From Mollicutes bacterium (GTDB lineage Bacteria > Bacillota_I > Bacilli_A > RF39 > UBA660): a DNA stretch of 56,245 nt. Within the stretch, counting starts at the first letter, position 1; each line of letters begins with the position of its first letter. The translations under genes were made by a program, and so were the position numbers. The stretch lies in assembly GCA_003559495.1 (NCBI GenBank), contig PWLE01000009.1, positions 1 through 56,245 on the forward strand, read 5' to 3'. Of this stretch, positions 7,787 through 17,342 are shown one piece after another. The notes beneath the pieces are model-generated. The model had not been told where the DNA came from. It ran no database searches and saw only the letters and a list, made by a program, of their open reading frames with translations.

Positions 7787-9736
7787 TTATGCCAATTTTT
7801 TAACTTCTGACAATATTTTTTTAATTATTGGTTCTTGATTTTTTTTATGTAAGTATTCGGCACTAATTTCTTTCATTTTTACTAATAATTTATAGTCTTC
7901 TTTAATGTCAGCAATTTTAAATTTCATATCACCACTTTGTAAATGACCAAATAAATCACCACCACCACGTAATTTAAAGTCTTCTTCACTAATAACGAAA
8001 CCATCATTACTTTTTTCTAAAATTTGCAGGCGGGCTGTTTTTTCATTTGCCAATAAAACACACTTCGAAGGATATTCACTTCTGCCCACTCGCCCTCGTA
8101 ATTGATGTAATGTTGCAAGACCAAACATTTGACTATTATAAACTACCATCATGGTAGCATTAGCAACATCAACACCAACTTCAACAACCGTTGTACTAAC
8201 AAGAATTTGAATTTTATTTGCTTGAAACTGTTGCATAATATTCACTTTTTCAATTGATTTTAATCGACCATGCAAAAGCCCAATTTTATATTTAACACCA
8301 AAGGCTTTTTGCATATTATCATAAATTTCTTGCGCCGATTCTAACTCACTTTTATCACTTTCTTCAATTAAAGGTGCTATTACATATATTTGATGGTTAG
8401 CTAATAACTCTTGATACATCATTGATAAAACGGTTTTTAGTTCTTTCATTGTTTTTACATAAGTAGCAACCTTTTGACGATTAGCAGGCATTGTTTTAAT
8501 ACTACTAATATCCATATCACCGTAAATTGTTAAAGCGTACGTTCTGGGAATTGGGGTGGCACTCATATAAAGAACATCTGGTAAAGTTCCCTTATTTATT
8601 AAATTTTTACGTTGATTAACACCAAACCGATGTTGTTCATCCGTAACAACTAATCCTAAATTATTAAAATTAACATCGGTAGTTATTAAAGCATGCGTTC
8701 CAATAATAACATCAACTTCGCCAGCAGCAATTTTTTCTTTGATTTTTTCTTTGTTTTTAGTACTACTAGTTAGCAATGCTATTTTTAAATTAGGAAGATA
8801 TTCTAAAAAAGTTTGATAATGTTGATTTGCTAAAACCTCGGTCGGAACCATAACCGCCGATTTATAACCGCCAAGATAATTAATATAGGCCGCAATAATT
8901 GCAACTAAAGTTTTTCCCGAACCAACATCGCCTTGTAACAGGCGATTCATTCTTTGTTTACTTACTAAATCTTGGTATACTTCCTGCCAAACTTTTTCTT
9001 GATCCTCTGTTAACGAAAAAGGAAGCGTTTTTATATAATCCAAAACTTGCTTTTTTGCAACTTCTCGCTCTAATCCTTGCTTTGTTTTGTTTTCTCGCAA
9101 ATAATTAATTTTTAGCATAAAAACAAATAATTCTTCATATTTTAATCGTAAACGTGCTTTTTCTAAGTTTTCTTCATTACTAGGAAAATGTATTTCCCAT
9201 AAAGCCGTTTTTTTATCTATTAAATTAAATTCTTTTTCGACATCTTCTGGCAAATAAGAAAAAAAATCATATTGTAATAACGCTTCTTTAATTAATTTCA
9301 CAAGTTTTTTGTTACTTAATTGGGCGGTTTGATGGTAAATTGGTGTAATGTTATTTTTCTCCGGTATTCGGCCAAAAATTATTTCACTTGCCACTAAAGT
9401 ATTTTTATAACGATTGTATTTGCCAATAATTGTAATTACGACACCTTTTTTTAACCGCATTTTTAAAAAGGCACGGTTATAAATATCGACATTTATTTTT
9501 TTACCATCAATTATTGCTTGAAACTTTAAAATGTTTTTTTGATAACTAAAATAATAAACCGTTGGTGAAGTTATAATTTCGCCCTCGACAATACTTTTTT
9601 CTTCATTCAAATTAGTTTTTTGTAAAACTTCATAACGAAAAGGAAAATGGTTTACCAATTCATCAATATTATTTATTGCTAATTTTTGCAAATTTTTAAT
9701 CGTTTTTGGTCCAATACCGCTTATATTTGTTAGCAT
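7787..9736 (-). CDS. recG: ATP-dependent DNA helicase RecG
   Basis: Wedge domain plus helicase motifs GDVGSGKTLVA, DEQHRFG, SATPIPRT, QLRGRVGR. Confidence 0.95.
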   Translation of the reverse strand: MLTNISGIGPKTIKNLQKLAINNIDELVNHFPFRYEVLQKTNLNEEKSIVEGEIITSPTVYYFSYQKNILKFQAIIDGKKINVDIYNRAFLKMRLKKGVVITIIGKYNRYKNTLVASEIIFGRIPEKNNITPIYHQTAQLSNKKLVKLIKEALLQYDFFSYLPEDVEKEFNLIDKKTALWEIHFPSNEENLEKARLRLKYEELFVFMLKINYLRENKTKQGLEREVAKKQVLDYIKTLPFSLTEDQEKVWQEVYQDLVSKQRMNRLLQGDVGSGKTLVAIIAAYINYLGGYKSAVMVPTEVLANQHYQTFLEYLPNLKIALLTSSTKNKEKIKEKIAAGEVDVIIGTHALITTDVNFNNLGLVVTDEQHRFGVNQRKNLINKGTLPDVLYMSATPIPRTYALTIYGDMDISSIKTMPANRQKVATYVKTMKELKTVLSMMYQELLANHQIYVIAPLIEESDKSELESAQEIYDNMQKAFGVKYKIGLLHGRLKSIEKVNIMQQFQANKIQILVSTTVVEVGVDVANATMMVVYNSQMFGLATLHQLRGRVGRSEYPSKCVLLANEKTARLQILEKSNDGFVISEEDFKLRGGGDLFGHLQSGDMKFKIADIKEDYKLLVKMKEISAEYLHKKNQEPIIKKILSEVKKLA

Positions 9737-9771
9737 TTAGATGAGGGCCTCCTTCTTTTTTTAAAAAAACC

Positions 9772-9800
9772 TTGACAATTAATAAAAAATGGCATAGTAT
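9772..9800 (+). promoter_or_regulatory. Orphan plus-strand promoter TTGACA-17-TAGTAT
   Basis: Consensus -35 at 9772..9777, -10 at 9795..9800; no plus-strand CDS downstream. Confidence 0.45.
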
Positions 9801-9805
9801 ATATG

Positions 9806-9899
9806 GCACCAATTCAATTTATGGATTGGTGCTAGTTTTATACTAGCCGACCCCTTTTTATTCTTTTTAACGGACCGCTTATAGCGGTCCCCTTTTTTT
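9806..9899 (+). ncRNA. Candidate small RNA of about 95 nt (unclassified)
   Basis: Downstream of the orphan promoter: hairpin GCACCAAT/ATTGGTGC, a short hairpin plus CCCCTTTTTATT, then GGACCGC-ttata-GCGGTCC followed by CCTTTTTTT. Confidence 0.35.
9872..9899 (+). terminator. GC-rich intrinsic terminator with a plus-strand T-tract; may also stop the convergent nuclease transcript
   Basis: GGACCGCTTATAGCGGTCC + CCTTTTTTT. Confidence 0.6.
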
Positions 9900-10644
9900 A
9901 GGTTTTAATTTGCTTTTTATATTTTGATAAATCTTTTGCTACAAGAGCAAAATCATGAACTACTAAAACAACTGTTAATAAGTATAAAGCAATTAATATT
10001 ACTTTTATATAAAAGATATCTTTTTGGTATATTTTACTTAAATAACTTTGTCGAGAAGCTTTAAAACGAAAATAAAGAAGATTTACTATCGCCATAAAAG
10101 CAATTGTTCCAGTACCAATTTTAAAAACATCTAAATCACTTTGTTCCTGCCAAATACCAATTTGATTTTTTTTTGCTTCCGCTTCTTTTAATTTTAAAAT
10201 TTCAGTATACTTATAATTACCATATAAATAAGCAACTTCCCCTAAACCTTCCTCAATAATTAATTCCTGTAATAAAACATCATCAACAAATATCCAAGCC
10301 AGCAAGCGATTATAACGATCATACAAATCACTTTCATCATCAAATTCTAAGCGAATAACATTAGCGTTTTTCAATTGATGACAAGTAAAATCACTGGCCT
10401 CTTGGCCAAAAGGTTCAATCCCCTTTTGCGGATGATTTGTCTCGGGTGTATCAATTGCTAAAAAACGAACTGATTCAGAACCACGACTAGTAAAAAAACG
10501 AGCGGTATCACCATCAATACAACGATCAAGTTCTACTATTTTGGCATCAATTATAAAAAAATGAAAACATAAAAGAAAAACAAAAATACTTTTAATTATT
10601 TTTCGATACATTTTAATTTTAAGAAAATAACTTTTATTTTTCAT
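9898..10644 (-). CDS. nuc: Membrane-anchored thermonuclease (staphylococcal nuclease / SNase family)
   Basis: DGDTARF..VRFLAIDTPE..EPFGQEAS..RYNRLLAWIF..GLGEVAYLY SNase motifs; N-terminal signal/TM and two C-terminal TM helices. Start is uncertain (ATG 10644 or 10611); the longer track ORF overlaps the upstream gene. Confidence 0.8.
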   Translation of the reverse strand: MKNKSYFLKIKMYRKIIKSIFVFLLCFHFFIIDAKIVELDRCIDGDTARFFTSRGSESVRFLAIDTPETNHPQKGIEPFGQEASDFTCHQLKNANVIRLEFDDESDLYDRYNRLLAWIFVDDVLLQELIIEEGLGEVAYLYGNYKYTEILKLKEAEAKKNQIGIWQEQSDLDVFKIGTGTIAFMAIVNLLYFRFKASRQSYLSKIYQKDIFYIKVILIALYLLTVVLVVHDFALVAKDLSKYKKQIKT

Positions 10645-11839
10645 CTTCAGAAATGCTTTCCACCTTTTTATAAAACTCTTCCGCACTAATTTTTTCATTA
10701 GTAGGTTCTTTTGATAAAGAATCTGCTTTATTTGCTTCTTTTTCTTGCGGCGGTTTTTCCGCCAAAGGATCAAAATCATTAGCAACTGAAGCAGTTTCTT
10801 TTTCTAAATCATCTTCTAAATCATCTTCTAAATCACCCAAAATTTCTGGTTCTTTTTCTGTTTTTTCTTCTACCATATCAGATGATTTTTTTTCATTGGT
10901 GGGCTTATTATCTTTAGTTACTTCTTTTTTAGTAATTTTATTTTTTTTGCTTCTTCTTTTCATTAAAATGCTAATAATAAAAATAACAATGCCCGTAAAT
11001 AAAGCCCCGCCCCATAATTTTATGGAATGCTTGATCATTAAATCGATGACATCAATTATAACATCACGAGGAAAACCAAGCACACTTAACTGTTCTAAAA
11101 TTAAATTATTTAAAAATTGATAAATTAAAGTCGCAAAAGAAAACGCTCCCATAATAATGCCAATTCCTAACCACCGGAAAAGAAAAATGCCACCACCTAT
11201 GATATAAAAAAGAAAAATAAAACCTGCAAAAATTACGTAAAATCCTAAAACTAACACATTGCGGTATAATGCCAACATATCCAACGCCTCAACCCCGCTT
11301 TGTGGCATATAAGTATTGATTATTTCGTTTAACTCAATTTTTGAAGGAAGGTTGCTTGCTTCTTCAATTTCATTAGTAAAAGCAATTAATTCCTCCTGTG
11401 TTAAATTATCCAAATAATTATTAATACTTCGAGCAATTTGACGGCGATATTCTATTTTTTCACTATCAATTTGAACAAAAGTATAAAAACCGGTTTTATT
11501 AGCTTTCGCATATTCAACCATTTCTAATGCAAAAAGACGCATTGTACTTTGAAACCATCGATTTTCAAATGTATTTAATAGTGCTTCATTAACAATTTCA
11601 AAAACAATTTCTTGATCTAATTCACCTTGGTAATCATTAGCAATTTCATTAGCAAAATAATCAATTGTTAGCAAGCGCGCTTCACTAGTGAATTCTGTTT
11701 CATATATTGTCTCTTGATAATAGTTAACATTTAAAAGCGTATTGTTTAAAATTGTATTAAAAAGGATAACATTCATAAAAACAATAAATAACACCAAAAC
11801 AACAAGCGAAAAAAGAAATTTAAAAACTTTTTTTAACAT
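10634..11839 (-). CDS. Polytopic membrane protein of unknown function with a long acidic/lysine-rich C-terminal tail
   Basis: N-terminal TM, about 170-aa extracytoplasmic segment, 4-5 TM helices, tail with GDLEDDLEDDLEKE; SD AAGGGG. Confidence 0.6.
   Translation of the reverse strand: MLKKVFKFLFSLVVLVLFIVFMNVILFNTILNNTLLNVNYYQETIYETEFTSEARLLTIDYFANEIANDYQGELDQEIVFEIVNEALLNTFENRWFQSTMRLFALEMVEYAKANKTGFYTFVQIDSEKIEYRRQIARSINNYLDNLTQEELIAFTNEIEEASNLPSKIELNEIINTYMPQSGVEALDMLALYRNVLVLGFYVIFAGFIFLFYIIGGGIFLFRWLGIGIIMGAFSFATLIYQFLNNLILEQLSVLGFPRDVIIDVIDLMIKHSIKLWGGALFTGIVIFIISILMKRRSKKNKITKKEVTKDNKPTNEKKSSDMVEEKTEKEPEILGDLEDDLEDDLEKETASVANDFDPLAEKPPQEKEANKADSLSKEPTNEKISAEEFYKKVESISEDEK
10803..10836. 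repeat. About 2.8 tandem copies of the 12-mer TCTAAATCATCT (encodes the LEDD repeats in the tail of the 401-aa protein)
   Basis: Read directly from the plus strand. Confidence 0.75.
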
Positions 11840-11862
11840 TTTAAAACAACCCCTTTATAAAA

Positions 11863-11939
<77 letters not shown>

Positions 11940-11941
11940 TT

Positions 11942-12355
11942 TTAACACTTTTCTACTTTAAGATAGTCATCAACTATTTCTACTACCTTTACTTTTTCAT
12001 CCAAAACTATTTTATAATCTGCTACAGCGAACCAAATTTGTTTATTAATCATTACTTCACCCATCTTATCAGGAGAAATTTTTTTAATAACTTTCCCAAC
12101 CTTGCCAATCATCTTTGGCGAATTAATTCGCCGTTGATGAATTTTTTTTATTAAAAAAGCCCTGGTGGTAATTAATAAAATTACTCCTAAAAACAAAAAA
12201 ACTAGTAATTGCCAAATAAAATCAACTTCAAAAACTGCAAGCGACAATGAAACAATACTACTAGCAACAAACCAAATTGTGGAAAGATCAACTGTAAAAT
12301 ATTCAATTAAAATTAAAAGCGCGATAACAATAAGCCAAAAATACCAAATATCCAT
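11942..12355 (-). CDS. NfeD-family membrane protein (C-terminal OB-fold)
   Basis: Three N-terminal TM helices, then GKVGKVIKKISPDKMGEVMINKQIWFAVAD..VKVVEIVDDYLKVE, typical of short NfeD proteins. Confidence 0.75.
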   Translation of the reverse strand: MDIWYFWLIVIALLILIEYFTVDLSTIWFVASSIVSLSLAVFEVDFIWQLLVFLFLGVILLITTRAFLIKKIHQRRINSPKMIGKVGKVIKKISPDKMGEVMINKQIWFAVADYKIVLDEKVKVVEIVDDYLKVEKC

Positions 12356-12405
12356 TTTATCACCTATTGTTATTATAACATTTATGATTAAATAAACAAG
12401 ATTTT

Positions 12406-15400
12406 TTATTCCTTATTTGCTAGTTTTTGATAATATTGCCATGTCTCTTCTGCTTGTTTTTTGTTAGCTTCTAATAATTTTTGCGCATTTTCAGAATTAA
12501 TAAATTTTAACATTGAAAATCGTTTTTGACTATTCAAAAATTCTTCATATTTAGTAAAATCTGCTTTTTTACTATCTAAAGTTAATTTTCCTTGTTCAGG
12601 ATGATAACGAAATATAGGAAAATAACCTGATTTAACGGCTAAATCTTGGGTTTTATCACTATTGACCATCCCCCCAGCAATACCATGTGCTATACAAGGT
12701 GCATAAGCAATAATAAGTGCTGGTCCATTATATTCAGCAGCCTCTTTAAAGGCCTTGATTAACTGCATACCATCAGCACCTAAACTAACTTGAGCCACAT
12801 AAGCATGCGGATAGCATAAAGCAATTCTTGCTAAATCTTTACGATAATCACCCTTACCGCGCCCGGCAAAAGATGCAATACTTCCAATTGTGCTAGCTTT
12901 AGATGTTTGACCACCGGTATTTGAATAAACTTGTGTATCTAAAACTAACATATTAAGATTATCAGAACTTGCTAAAACGTGATCAATGCCACCAAAACCA
13001 ATATCATAAGCCCAACCATCACCACCAATCGACCAAACGGTACGAGCGGGAATATATTCTTTTAGTTCTTTAATTACTAATGGTGCTTTTTCATAGTTAA
13101 TTTTTTCGGAAACTTCTTTTGTTATTTGATAATTATTAATGTTTTCCAGCCATTTTTGATACCACGCCGCATTTTCATCATTACTATTAGTCATTGCTTT
13201 TTTTAATCTTTTGCGTGCTGTTTGATAAGCAATTTCCATGCCATAACCATATTCGGCAGTATCTTCAAACAAAGAAGAAGCCCAAGGAATATCATATGGC
13301 GTGCTTGGAGCCGTGCCACCATAAATTGATGAACAACCAGTAGCATTAGCAATAATTAAACGCTCGCCAAACATTTGCGTTAATAATTTTAAATAAGGAG
13401 TCTCTCCACAACCAGCACATGCACCACTAAATTCAAATCGTGGTCTTTGAAATTGGGTTCCTTTTATCGTACTATCACTAACAAGTTTTTTATTATTAAT
13501 TTTATTAAACGTATAATCAGCAACCTCATGCTCATTATTGTTAATTGCTTGTGATAAATCTTGCATTAGTAATGCTTTTTTTCCTGCACGACCAGGACAT
13601 TTGCTAACACATAAACCACATCCGGTACAATCTTTTACCGAGACACTAATTAAATAATAGTAATCGCCAAGATTTTTTTCCAATGGTGAAATTAATTTTT
13701 TTTGCACGCTTTCTGGCGCTTTTTCATATTCTTCTTTTGTTAAATGAAAAGGTCGAATAACAGCATGCGGACAAACAAAGGCGCATAAATTACATTGAAT
13801 GCAATTTTCACTTATCCAACTTGGAACCTTGGCAGCAATTTCTCTTTTTTCTGTTTTCGTTGTCCCCCCAATAAATTCACCGCGCGGATCAAAAGCGGAA
13901 ACAGGTAAATGATCTCCATCACGTGCATTAATAACACTTGTTAAATCAGTTTTTCTTTCATAATCAACACCATTTTCAGGAAGTGTTAATAATTTTATTT
14001 TTTCACGAATATTTTTAATTGCATTTTGATTAGCAGTAATAATTTCGGAACCTTTTTTCTTAAAGTCCGCTTCAATTTGTTGCATTAATTTATGACGTGC
14101 TTTTTCAACATCAAGAATTTGCGTAATTTCAAAAATAGCCATTTCCATAATAGTACTAATTTTTTCTTGCAATTTATTTTCAGAAGCAATTGTTAGAGCA
14201 TCAATACCATACACTTTAATATTTCTTTCTTTTATGATTTGCAAATCTTCTTTACTAAACAAATCAAATTTTTCTTTGGCGGTATTAATTAGCAAAACAC
14301 CATTTTGACATATATTATTTAACATGCGATATTTTTTAAAATAACTTTCTTTTGTGATGACAATTAATTTTGGGTTTTCAACATAATAAGTAGAACGAAT
14401 TAATTGTTTGCAAAAACGCAAATGACTTACTGTGACACCACCTGATTTTTTGGAATCATATTGAAAGTAACCTTGCACATAAATATTACTCCCACCAACA
14501 ATTTTTAAAAGTGACTGCGCAGCGGTAACCATGCCATCACTACCATAACCATAAATGGCAAATTCTAATGCCATGCTTGTTTTTAAATTAGTGCTTGGCA
14601 AACTTAGATTTGTAACATCATCAATAATGCCAATCGAAAAAGGATGTTTTAATTCCCCGGCTAACATGTGATATACCGCTTCAATTTGACCGGGTGTAAC
14701 ATTTTTGCTAGAAAGCCCATAACGGCCACCCACAACTTTAACATCTTGTTTTTGCAAAGCAGCAACAACATCAAGATAAAGGGGCTCGCCTTGACTACCA
14801 GGTTCTTTTGTGCGATCTAAAACAGCAATCGTTTGCACCGATTTTGGTATGACTTGTAAAAAATATTTAACACTAAAAGGACGATATAAATGAACTTCAA
14901 TTAAACCGTAATCATCACCTAGATGATCAACTACTTCTTTAATCGTTTCATTAACAGAACCCATTGCGACAATAATGTATTTTGCTTCTATCGAACCATA
15001 ATAATTAAATGGTTGATATGTTTCACCAGTAATTTTATTAATAGCTTGCATATATTCATTAACAATATCCGGAATAATATTATGATATTTATTGCGCGCT
15101 TCCGTTGCCTGAAAATAAATATCATCATTTTGAGCAGTTCCTTTGGTAATGCTTTTATTAGGATGCAAAGCTTTTTTTCGGAAATTTGTTAAAGCTTCTT
15201 GGTCAATTAAATTTTGATAACTTTCTTTTTCTAATACATTAATTTTATTTAACTCATGACTAGTACGAAAACCATCAAAAAAATGTAACACCGGTAAAGA
15301 TGATTTAATAGCGACAAGATGCGCAATTAATGCTAAATAATAAGCATCTTGCACCGAAGAAGATGCTAACATTGTTATGCCGGTTTGTCGCGTTGCATAT

Positions 15401-15780
15401 ATATCTTGATGATCACCAAAAATTGATAAAGCATGCGTCGAAAGTGAACGAGCAGAAACATGAATAACACCTGGTAACATTTCACCAACCATTTTATAAA
15501 TATTAGGAATCATTAATAATAGTCCTTGACTAGCAGTATATGTACTACCAAGCAAGCCCGCTGATAAAACACCATGCATCATGCCGGCGGCGCCAGCTTC
15601 ACTTTGCATTTGAACAACTTTTACTTGATCGCCAAAAATATTTTCTTTTTTCAAATTACTCCATTCGTCAATTAATTCAGCCATTTGACTAGAAGGTGTA
15701 ATGGGATAAATTCCAGCTACCTCGGTAAAATCATAAGATGCCTTACTACAAGCATGATTGCCATCTATTATTTTTTTCAT
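12406..15780 (-). CDS. nifJ: Pyruvate:ferredoxin (flavodoxin) oxidoreductase
   Basis: Size above 1100 aa, two 4Fe-4S motifs CIQCNLCAFVCP / CTGCGLCVSKCP, TPP site GGDGWAYDIGFGG; ATG at 15780 behind AGGTGG. Confidence 0.95.
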   Translation of the reverse strand: MKKIIDGNHACSKASYDFTEVAGIYPITPSSQMAELIDEWSNLKKENIFGDQVKVVQMQSEAGAAGMMHGVLSAGLLGSTYTASQGLLLMIPNIYKMVGEMLPGVIHVSARSLSTHALSIFGDHQDIYATRQTGITMLASSSVQDAYYLALIAHLVAIKSSLPVLHFFDGFRTSHELNKINVLEKESYQNLIDQEALTNFRKKALHPNKSITKGTAQNDDIYFQATEARNKYHNIIPDIVNEYMQAINKITGETYQPFNYYGSIEAKYIIVAMGSVNETIKEVVDHLGDDYGLIEVHLYRPFSVKYFLQVIPKSVQTIAVLDRTKEPGSQGEPLYLDVVAALQKQDVKVVGGRYGLSSKNVTPGQIEAVYHMLAGELKHPFSIGIIDDVTNLSLPSTNLKTSMALEFAIYGYGSDGMVTAAQSLLKIVGGSNIYVQGYFQYDSKKSGGVTVSHLRFCKQLIRSTYYVENPKLIVITKESYFKKYRMLNNICQNGVLLINTAKEKFDLFSKEDLQIIKERNIKVYGIDALTIASENKLQEKISTIMEMAIFEITQILDVEKARHKLMQQIEADFKKKGSEIITANQNAIKNIREKIKLLTLPENGVDYERKTDLTSVINARDGDHLPVSAFDPRGEFIGGTTKTEKREIAAKVPSWISENCIQCNLCAFVCPHAVIRPFHLTKEEYEKAPESVQKKLISPLEKNLGDYYYLISVSVKDCTGCGLCVSKCPGRAGKKALLMQDLSQAINNNEHEVADYTFNKINNKKLVSDSTIKGTQFQRPRFEFSGACAGCGETPYLKLLTQMFGERLIIANATGCSSIYGGTAPSTPYDIPWASSLFEDTAEYGYGMEIAYQTARKRLKKAMTNSNDENAAWYQKWLENINNYQITKEVSEKINYEKAPLVIKELKEYIPARTVWSIGGDGWAYDIGFGGIDHVLASSDNLNMLVLDTQVYSNTGGQTSKASTIGSIASFAGRGKGDYRKDLARIALCYPHAYVAQVSLGADGMQLIKAFKEAAEYNGPALIIAYAPCIAHGIAGGMVNSDKTQDLAVKSGYFPIFRYHPEQGKLTLDSKKADFTKYEEFLNSQKRFSMLKFINSENAQKLLEANKKQAEETWQYYQKLANKE

Positions 15781-15797
15781 ATCTACCACCTATTATA

Positions 15798-15806
15798 ATT
15801 ATATCA
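15798..15806 (-). promoter_or_regulatory. Extended -10 element TGATATAAT upstream of PFOR
   Basis: Plus-strand attatatca, 18 nt upstream of the start codon. Confidence 0.5.
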
Positions 15807-15870
15807 TTTTTTCCATAAAAAAACACTTAACCAACATAAATTTATTTGATTAAGTATTTTTTTATCAGAA

Positions 15871-16515
15871 CTAATTATTTTTAACACCTTTAATTAGATT
15901 TTCAACTTGGTTGTCATATTCTTTACACTTGGTTATGTAACTACCTACTACTACTACATCGGCTTTGGAAACTTCCTTAATTGTTTTATCGTTTATTCCG
16001 CCATCAACTTGAATTAAAAAACTTAAGTTTTTTTGTTGGCGATATTTATATAAATATTCAATTCGCGCCGTTGTTTTTTTCAAAAACTTTTGTCCGCCTT
16101 TGCCAGGAGGAACGCTCATTAATAAGACAACATCTATTTCATCTAAATAAGGAATAATTTTCTCAATCGAAGTATCAGGTTTAATAGAAATTCCAACATC
16201 TAGTTTTTTCCTTTTAATATATTTTATTAATTCCTTTGTATTACCAATTTCTAAATGAAAAGTAATCCATTCGGGATTTAATTTAGCATACCAATCAACA
16301 TATTTTTTGACATCTTTAACCATTAAATGCACATCAAATGGCTTTGCCATTATTTGAGCGAGTTGTTTATCTTCTTCAAAATCTCTTGTTTTATTCAAGA
16401 CAAAACAGCCATCCATAATATCAAAATGAAAAGTTGAAATTTTTGCATTATTTAACTTTTTAATATTTTCTATTAAATTTTTTTTGATTTCTAAAAAGGA
16501 TACCGCTATTTTCAT
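15871..16515 (-). CDS. rpe: Ribulose-phosphate 3-epimerase
   Basis: FHFDIMDGCFV, HLMV, VDGGIN motifs; start moved to the ATG at 16515 behind GAGGAGG. Confidence 0.9.
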   Translation of the reverse strand: MKIAVSFLEIKKNLIENIKKLNNAKISTFHFDIMDGCFVLNKTRDFEEDKQLAQIMAKPFDVHLMVKDVKKYVDWYAKLNPEWITFHLEIGNTKELIKYIKRKKLDVGISIKPDTSIEKIIPYLDEIDVVLLMSVPPGKGGQKFLKKTTARIEYLYKYRQQKNLSFLIQVDGGINDKTIKEVSKADVVVVGSYITKCKEYDNQVENLIKGVKNN

Positions 16516-17342
16516 TTCAAAACCTCCTCGCAAAACTTTAAATAATTTTGATAACGACTTTTTAATATTGTCCCCACCGCTACTTCTTTTTTCACCTGGC
16601 AATCTTCTTCATGAATATGAAAACAATTACGATACTGACAGTGCTGACGAAGTTCTTTAAACTCAACAAAACTGTCGCGAATACTTTCTTTACTAATTGC
16701 TTGTAAATCTAACGCCGAAAATCCTGGTGTATCAGCAACAAAACCACCACCTAAATCATACAATTCAACATGTCTAGTTGTATGTTTGCCCCGTCCTAAT
16801 GCTTTTGATATTTCATCCGTTTTAATTTGCAGTCGCTTATCAAGTTGATTTAACAAACTTGATTTTCCCGCCCCCGTTTGACCGGCAAATACGGTAATTT
16901 TATTAGTAAAAATTTTTAAAATATCATTATTCTCATTCGTAAACACTTGATAGCCAATTTTTTTATAATACGATTTAATATTTGAAAAAAGCGTTTTATT
17001 AGTTAATAAATCAATTTTCGTAAAACATATTACTGGTATTATTCGATTATATTCAATAATTACTATTAATTTATCTAATAAATAAGTTGATAATTTGGGG
17101 TGATTGGTACTCATTACTATGACAACTTGATCAACATTACTAACAAACGGTCGTTGCAATTGATTTTTTCTTGGATATATTTTATTTATAACTTTTTCAT
17201 CACTAAATTCAACTAAATCACCAACCATAGGCGTTATTTTCTGAAGACGAAAAATTCCTTTTGCCTTACAAACTATCCTTTCTTTAGCGGTAGCTATTGT
17301 ATAATCATCACTAACAATTTTAACAATCCGCCCTTTATTCAT
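16512..17342 (-). CDS. rsgA: Ribosome small-subunit-dependent GTPase A
   Basis: GQTGAGKSSLLN, DTPGF, C-terminal zinc motif CQYRNCFHIHEEDC; ATG at 17342 just after the prkC stop. Confidence 0.9.
   Translation of the reverse strand: MNKGRIVKIVSDDYTIATAKERIVCKAKGIFRLQKITPMVGDLVEFSDEKVINKIYPRKNQLQRPFVSNVDQVVIVMSTNHPKLSTYLLDKLIVIIEYNRIIPVICFTKIDLLTNKTLFSNIKSYYKKIGYQVFTNENNDILKIFTNKITVFAGQTGAGKSSLLNQLDKRLQIKTDEISKALGRGKHTTRHVELYDLGGGFVADTPGFSALDLQAISKESIRDSFVEFKELRQHCQYRNCFHIHEEDCQVKKEVAVGTILKSRYQNYLKFCEEVLK

Noticed and set aside
9803-9835. Ten-codon ORF ATGGCACCAATTCAATTTATGGATTGGTGCTAG (MAPIQFMDWC) at the 5' end of the candidate sRNA
   Set aside because: It has no Shine-Dalgarno sequence and lies almost entirely within the first hairpin. 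It is too short to evaluate and is kept only as a note under the sRNA candidate.
10645-10785. N-terminal 47 residues of the track ORF 9898..10785 (Lys/Arg-rich MLMILILWRKNRRKKKK..)
   Set aside because: This stretch is read in an alternative frame over the C-terminal tail of the upstream 401-aa gene. The nuclease signal peptide begins after the internal ATGs at 10644 / 10611.
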